From NCBI GenBank assembly GCA_964524185.1, contig CAZGCI010000010.1, positions 520 to 64,519 on the forward strand: DNA of 64,000 nt, in the 5' to 3' direction. This document shows positions 57,558 to 64,000 of this stretch, piece after piece (the first letter of the stretch is position 1; each line of letters opens with the position of its first letter). Both the position numbers and the translations under genes were made by a program. The notes below the pieces were generated by a model that was given only the letters and a program-made list of their open reading frames with translations, had not been told where the DNA came from and did not search any database. Source of the stretch: an uncultured Thiohalocapsa sp. (GTDB lineage Bacteria; Pseudomonadota; Gammaproteobacteria; Chromatiales; Chromatiaceae).

Positions 57558-57806
57558 TTTCAAATCTGCGTTTTGCAAATCGGCCGCCATGAACCGCGGA
57601 GTCTGCCGCGCCAACGGCCTTTACAACCCCGCCGCCACGCCCCGGTCTCGGCTTTGCCGCCGGTGGCATGCGACCCGCCAGGAGGCCGCGTGACTGCGGC
57701 ACTGAATACAGGCGTTTCGGTCGCGCCCCCCTTCACCCAACGGGCTTGCCTTGGCGGGGACACGGCTGCGACGATTGACGGCTGATGCTTCCCGAGGAAC
57801 CCGCCG

Positions 57807-58268
57807 ATGAGTGCAGCCCTGGAACTCTATACACGATTGACCGAGGCGCCCGACGACAAGACGCGCGCGCGACTTATTGCCGACGCCTTCGACGCCCTGG
57901 AGGCCCGGTTTCCGCAGATCACGGACCTCGCCACACAGGGCCATGTGCGCGAGAGCGAGCTGCGGCTGCAGAAAGAGATCAAGGAGGTCGAGGCGCGGCT
58001 GCAAAAAGAAATCAAGGAAGTCGAGGCCCGGCTGCAAAACGAAATCAAGGCCGTCGAGCTGCAGATTCGTGAGGTCGAGGCCCGACTGCAACAAGAGATC
58101 AAGGCCATCGAGCTGCAGATACAAGACGTCGCGGCTGGGCTCCAAGAACGCATCGCACGGGTCGAGGTCAGTCTGCACCAAGCCATGGCGGCCCAGACGC
58201 GTTGGCTGCTAGGCGGCCTCGCGGTGCTGGGCGCCGTGTTCAAGCTGGCGGATCTGTTGATTGGCTAG
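57807..58268 (+). CDS. Coiled-coil membrane-anchored protein, DUF1640-like
   Basis: 153 aa. N-terminal helical region, RLQKEIKEVEA-type 11-aa repeats, and a C-terminal TM helix WLLGGLAVLGAVFKLADLLIG. Confidence 0.68.
   Translation: MSAALELYTRLTEAPDDKTRARLIADAFDALEARFPQITDLATQGHVRESELRLQKEIKEVEARLQKEIKEVEARLQNEIKAVELQIREVEARLQQEIKAIELQIQDVAAGLQERIARVEVSLHQAMAAQTRWLLGGLAVLGAVFKLADLLIG
57957..58130 (+). repeat. In-frame 33-bp tandem repeats (4 full units plus two 21-bp partial units) inside the coiled-coil gene
   Basis: Full units at 57957-57989, 57990-58022, 58023-58055 and 58077-58109. GAGCTGCAGAT-type partial units at 58056-58076 and 58110-58130. Confidence 0.85.
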
Positions 58269-58427
58269 GCAATTGCCGCAGACACGCGTCCCGGCGGCCA
58301 CATCGCATCCGCGTTGATCGCCAGCGCGACCGGGCAGACGGACGTCAAGACCGGTCACGCAGCATGAGCGTCCACAGTATCCGTACCGCGCTGCGGCTGG
58401 CTGCCCGTAAGCCGCGCACGGAGCCGA

Positions 58428-61400
58428 TCAGTCGGCGTCTGGCGCTTCCGTCCGGCCAAGTCGCTGACCCAGCAGCCGCGCACTCGGCCCGTCATAGGCC
58501 ATGAGGCATCCGCGTAGACGCAGCTCATGCTCTTCCGGCGAGAGAAAATGCACGTCCTCGGTCAGCATCGACAGGTTCGGGCTCACGTAAGGGTCGCCGC
58601 GGCGCAAGACCTCGCCCCAATGCGTCCAGAGACGCGCCAGGTCTGCTTCCCGCCAGGGCTGGAGTGCGTGTCGGGGATACTCCGCAGCGAGGGTAAACCG
58701 CGCGGCGTTGATGACCCAATGGCGCAAGCCATTCTGATGCGTGAGTCTGAGCGCCAGGTCCAGCTCGTAACCGGCCTCGACGTAATCGGCGTCGAGGCCA
58801 CCGGTGGCAAGCAACCGCTCGCGCTTCAGCGCAAGCAGCTGTCGCGGCAGGGCGGACACCTCATGATCCAATCCAACCCAGCCGCCGTAACCCGGAATAT
58901 CTGCGGAGCAGCCATGGTGCCAGCGGCCGGCCGCGCCGGCCATGCCGAGCACCAAGCCGGCGGCGTAGAGCGTGCCGTCGGCGTACTCCAGACGTCCGCC
59001 GACAATGCCGATTTCATCGCGGAAAAGCGGAGGCAGCAGCCAATCTTCCCAGCCGGGTTGCGGCTGGACGCCAGTACTTGCGATCACGACGATGTCGCCC
59101 GATGCATGGCTGACGGCCGCATTGAGGGCAGCCGCAGTGGCCAACTCGCCCGATGCAATCTGGATGACCTCATGCGGCTCCCAAACGCCGGGGTCAGCGG
59201 CAATGCCATGCTCCGAGAATTGCAGCACGGAAATGCTTGGGCGCTCTGACATCTGGTAGCGGATGCGGTTGAAACCGGGCATGCCATCCAAGGCGCTCAC
59301 CTCCGCCCGCAGACCACGCCGGTGGAGTGCATCGGCAATCGCTCGCCGGTCGCGGTCGTGCGCGTCGGGCTTGGCCTGCGGTCCTGAAGCCAAGGAGCCC
59401 GAATGCACACGCATGTGGTAGAGGATGTCTGGCACCCTTAGGACCTCCCCGCCCTGCTCCACCGCGCGTAACAGCAGGTCGTGATCCTGCGAGCCATCGT
59501 ACTCCGAGCGTAAGCCGCCGAGCGACTCGAACAATCGCCGCCGGATCGCAACCGGATGGTGGATATAGTTGGTCCGCAGCAACAGCTCGGGGGAATACTC
59601 AGGCTTGAACCCCGGATGAAAAGACGAGTTGGGCTGAGCGAAGCGGTCCTCGTCGGCGTACAAGACATCGACCCGCTCAGGCGCGGGATGCTGCTGCCGC
59701 GCTTGGACCAATGCCGCGAGGGCCAGTGGATCCAGACAATCATCATGATCAAGAAACAGCAGCAGATCGCCCTTGGCATCAGCGGCGGCGGCATTGGTTG
59801 CGGTCGACACGCCGCCCCGCCGCTCGGCAAACCTCGCGCGGATACGGGAATCCAATGCGGGCGCCGCCGCGACGAGATCTCTTACCGAACGGTCTTCCGA
59901 GGCGTCATCGGACAAGATCAGCTCCCAGCCCGAATACCGCTGAGCAAGTACTGAATCAATGCAAGCCTGCAGCCACTCAGGCTTTGGATCGCACACGGGC
60001 ACCAGCACTGAAAAGAGCGGAGACGCGCCGTCGGCCTCGCACGCCTCCCAGTCTGCGGCCGCCTGTTCCCGAGCTGCTCTCCAGCGGTCATAGCCGCCGG
60101 ACCGCTCCACGTTGGCGGTAGCGGCGCCCCCGGATGCTCCAGCGGGCTCCACCGGGCGCAGCATTGGATGCCCGGAGCCGGGGAGAAACGGCAATGGCCA
60201 GTCGCGCGCCCAGGGCTGGCCCACCTCGGGATCAACACCAAGACGGCGCAGCACAGGGGCTGCCTCCGGTGGTGGCTTGCCGAGCTCCGGCGGCGCTCGG
60301 AAGCGTTGGGTCGTAACACGGACCGCCAGCTTGGCAACCGCCGCCGCGCCAACGAACCCAACCAGCGCCCGCAGCGGCCGGTTGTTTGCCTTCAAGAGGC
60401 GCCCGTTGTGGAAAAAACCAGCGCGCAGACCCGCCATGCTGGTGGGCCGGCGCGGCTCCATGAAGGCATCCGTCACCACCAGATCGTAGAACCGACGTAA
60501 CAAATGCGGGAACGTCTTGAGCTGGCCCAATCGGCCGGGCATGCGGCCGCGGACGGCATTGAGCCCGAAGCGGCCACGATGCACTTCCACGCGATGGGCA
60601 TCGCACAACAGATCGATGCGAAGCCCGGGGCCGGCCGCCGCGTGCAACGCCTCGACGCAGCCGGGGATGTTGTCCTCGATGGTGATATCGACCAAAACTC
60701 GCCGGATGCGGCGTCTGCTGAACCACTCGGGGGTGAGCTCCGGGCGTTGGGTGCCGAACACGATGGGATCTGCCCAGGCCCCGTAATTGCGGCGCCAGCT
60801 GTCCCGAAACACACGGGCAAGGGTCTTGGCGATTTCGTGATCGCCAATGAGCCAGCTGTAGAACCAGCGGCGGTAGAGCTGGTACAGCGCCGCCGGCAGC
60901 GCCGTCTGCTCCTCGGGGCGGCGGGCATGCCGGGCAATCAAGTAGAGGCCGTTGCGATGAAAGAAATACAAGCGCATCGGCGAGAAAGGTTTAGCCCACG
61001 GAAAGTCGTGCAGCGCCTTGGCGGTGGTGACGCAGGCACCCTTTTTGCCGAACGCTTGACGCAATCGGAGCGACCAATCCACATCGTCGCTGAAGATAAA
61101 GAAATTCCAATCCATGACGCCAAGGCGGCTGATGGCGTCTGCCCGAACCATTAGAAAGCACGCGCTGGCGTAATCCACATCGAGCACCGGAGGCAGGTCC
61201 GGAGAAACGGCGAAACGATTCCATGCCTCTATCGGCGCGGGTTTGGTGAAGTCAACCCCGCCACCCGTCTCCTGCAGCGTCACCGGCTCTGGCGTGATAT
61301 AGATCGCCGGCGCCGCAAAGACGTAGTCGGGATGACTATCGAGGAAATCGGCCAGCGCGGTGATGCAATCGCCAACGGGCAGGGCGTCGTCGTCGACCAG

Positions 61401-61670
61401 CAGCACGTAGTCGCTGCCACTGCTGAGCGCCGCCAGCACTGCCAGGTTGAACCCGCCGCAACCGCCGAGGTTCGCCGGACTCTCCAGAAGAGACACCCAA
61501 GGATGCGCCTGGCGGATGGCCTCCGCCGAGCCATCCTGACCCGCATTCTCAGTGACGTAGACGGGAAAACCCAGCGGCCGCAGCGCCTCGAGCAGGCGCA
61601 GGGTCGCCTCGCGTTGATTGTAAGTGACGATGGCCACCGCAACGCGCGGCGGAGACGTGATTGTTACCAC
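58428..61670 (-). CDS. Multidomain glycosyltransferase (two clear GT2 modules plus a third GT-like C-terminal module)
   Basis: 1080 aa. N-terminal VAIVTYNQREATL ... LLVDDDA. Central FSVLVPVCDPKPEWLQACIDSVLAQ ... ILSDDAS ... FLDHDD. The C-terminal ~300 aa have a further GT-like layout. Confidence 0.82.
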   Translation of the reverse strand: MVTITSPPRVAVAIVTYNQREATLRLLEALRPLGFPVYVTENAGQDGSAEAIRQAHPWVSLLESPANLGGCGGFNLAVLAALSSGSDYVLLVDDDALPVGDCITALADFLDSHPDYVFAAPAIYITPEPVTLQETGGGVDFTKPAPIEAWNRFAVSPDLPPVLDVDYASACFLMVRADAISRLGVMDWNFFIFSDDVDWSLRLRQAFGKKGACVTTAKALHDFPWAKPFSPMRLYFFHRNGLYLIARHARRPEEQTALPAALYQLYRRWFYSWLIGDHEIAKTLARVFRDSWRRNYGAWADPIVFGTQRPELTPEWFSRRRIRRVLVDITIEDNIPGCVEALHAAAGPGLRIDLLCDAHRVEVHRGRFGLNAVRGRMPGRLGQLKTFPHLLRRFYDLVVTDAFMEPRRPTSMAGLRAGFFHNGRLLKANNRPLRALVGFVGAAAVAKLAVRVTTQRFRAPPELGKPPPEAAPVLRRLGVDPEVGQPWARDWPLPFLPGSGHPMLRPVEPAGASGGAATANVERSGGYDRWRAAREQAAADWEACEADGASPLFSVLVPVCDPKPEWLQACIDSVLAQRYSGWELILSDDASEDRSVRDLVAAAPALDSRIRARFAERRGGVSTATNAAAADAKGDLLLFLDHDDCLDPLALAALVQARQQHPAPERVDVLYADEDRFAQPNSSFHPGFKPEYSPELLLRTNYIHHPVAIRRRLFESLGGLRSEYDGSQDHDLLLRAVEQGGEVLRVPDILYHMRVHSGSLASGPQAKPDAHDRDRRAIADALHRRGLRAEVSALDGMPGFNRIRYQMSERPSISVLQFSEHGIAADPGVWEPHEVIQIASGELATAAALNAAVSHASGDIVVIASTGVQPQPGWEDWLLPPLFRDEIGIVGGRLEYADGTLYAAGLVLGMAGAAGRWHHGCSADIPGYGGWVGLDHEVSALPRQLLALKRERLLATGGLDADYVEAGYELDLALRLTHQNGLRHWVINAARFTLAAEYPRHALQPWREADLARLWTHWGEVLRRGDPYVSPNLSMLTEDVHFLSPEEHELRLRGCLMAYDGPSARLLGQRLGRTEAPDAD

Positions 61671-62021
61671 AGGTTACCTATGCAGCGTCGTCTCGCCTGC
61701 AACCGGTGCGGAGCGAGATGTGCCGGTGCGGAGCGAGACGCATTGGAAAGATTCAGTGCCCGGCAGGGCACAAGAACGGCCCAAGGCGGGCGGAGTCGAC
61801 CCGTCCTGGACGGGAACGACACCGCGCTGGCGTGCTCGGCGGCCGGAGAACGCTCGGCGGATAGCGACCGGGCTGGACCATCAGCCGCGGGGCCTGGCAG
61901 TATAGCTGCGCGCGAGAGCCGCTGAAAGTGACTTCGCGGATGAGAGCCCGCGGGGGCTGCGGGGCTGCGTGCCTCGTATTACCCCGCGCAAGTCCCGGGA
62001 CCGGCGCCATCGCGGGTGCTA

Positions 62022-62226
62022 GATTACTTGACCGCGCCAGATATTTGCAGATGCGCCAAATTTCCCACGCGCCGTCGTATGCCAGGCGCCGGCAGGGGAA
62101 AGGGCCGAGCGCCGGAGCGCAACCGCTAACGCCAGGACTGTGCATCCGCGCCCTGGCCCTCGGCCCTGGCCAGTGAGCGACCCGATGGCGTGCCGGCGCC
62201 CTCGTCGCTCATCGGTCTGAGGCATC
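62022..62226 (+). repeat. Copy B of the ~210-bp structured intergenic repeat (sense on the + strand, upstream of glf)
   Basis: Aligns by eye with the reverse complement of 40150..40360. Contains hairpins AGGGCCGAG/CTCGGCCCT and TGAGCGAC/GTCGCTCA. Confidence 0.6.
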
Positions 62227-62242
62227 GCCTCGCTACTCATAG

Positions 62243-63679
<1,437 letters not shown>

Positions 63680-63712
63680 TCGCATCCTGCTCCCTCGTCG
63701 GTTTAGCGACGC

Positions 63713-64000
63713 TCACACCGGCGGCGCATGTCCTCTGCGGGCATAAAGTTCCAGTATTTCGTCGACTGGGCCCATGGCGGCAACCTTGCCGCGCTCCAGT
63801 AAGACCGCGGACTTACACATCGCCCTGATCAGCGGCGCCGAATGCGACGCCAAGACGATGATCGCAGCCCTTTCCGCAAACGAGCGCAGTCGCGCGTTGG
63901 CCTTCGCAAGGAACGCGGCATCACCCGCTGCAATGCCCTCATCGAGTAACAGGATCTCTGGTTCGATCGCGGTTGAAACGGCAAAGGCCAAACGAAGGCG
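63713..64000 (-). CDS. ABC transporter ATP-binding protein, 3' part only (runs off the window)
   Basis: Walker B context EPEILLLDEGIAAGD and H-loop VLASHS, with the C-terminus at stop 63713. The N-terminal portion lies beyond 64000. Confidence 0.7.
   Translation of the reverse strand, partial: RLRLAFAVSTAIEPEILLLDEGIAAGDAAFLAKANARLRSFAERAAIIVLASHSAPLIRAMCKSAVLLERGKVAAMGPVDEILELYARRGHAPPV

Noticed and set aside
57957-58130. Possible CRISPR-like array suggested by regularly spaced ~33-bp repeats.
   Set aside because: The repeats are contiguous with no spacers, in frame, and encode a coiled-coil heptad/hendecad pattern inside a 153-aa ORF. No cas genes or repeat-spacer architecture occur anywhere in the window.

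Overview
GC-rich (by eye about 65%) proteobacterial-type chromosomal window that is densely coding, with no rRNA, tRNA or CRISPR array. All calls come from reading the ORF translations and the raw sequence; no searches were run. Contents from left to right. (1) 60-4745: a selenoneine-type sen cluster, with SenB-like glycosyltransferase divergent from EgtB-like SenA and a flavoprotein::SelD fusion. (2) 4975-8714: sulfur/selenium trafficking genes (DsrE-like, ArsR-rhodanese fusion, a periplasmic DsrE-like protein), two hypothetical genes, and a 178-nt rod-like hairpin that looks like an unannotated ncRNA. (3) 9.1-17.9 kb: a same-strand, tightly spaced gene run (stop/start overlaps at three of four junctions). 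It encodes an acyl-CoA ligase, an ACP-FAAL-PlsC triple fusion, a UDP-galactopyranose-mutase-like flavoenzyme, an MprF-flippase-like membrane protein and a GT-C-like membrane protein. (4) 18-64 kb: a large ABC-transporter-dependent polysaccharide (O-antigen/EPS-type) locus. It holds at least 12 glycosyltransferases, 3 methyltransferases, a sulfotransferase, two AsnB-type amidotransferases, two epimerase/dehydratases, glf, wzm/wzt, and a second flavoenzyme/flippase-like/GT-C-like module that also has a GtrB-like GT2. The 22-35 kb part looks compositionally mosaic. (5) Embedded at 46-54.5 kb are two secreted enzymes, a CBM9/Fn3/GH5-like/PPC glycanase and a Lys-C-like S1 protease. They carry a nucleotide-identical 1104-bp segment encoding almost all (368 of 384 aa) of a C-terminal module that reads as a 7-bladed beta-propeller; the two copies are separated by nested, decayed IS fragments. 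Other non-coding signals are a 2-copy ~210-bp structured repeat upstream of gtrB-like and glf genes, an exact 12-nt ops (RfaH-type) match inside the minus-strand operon, and a 141-bp palindromic element between convergent genes.
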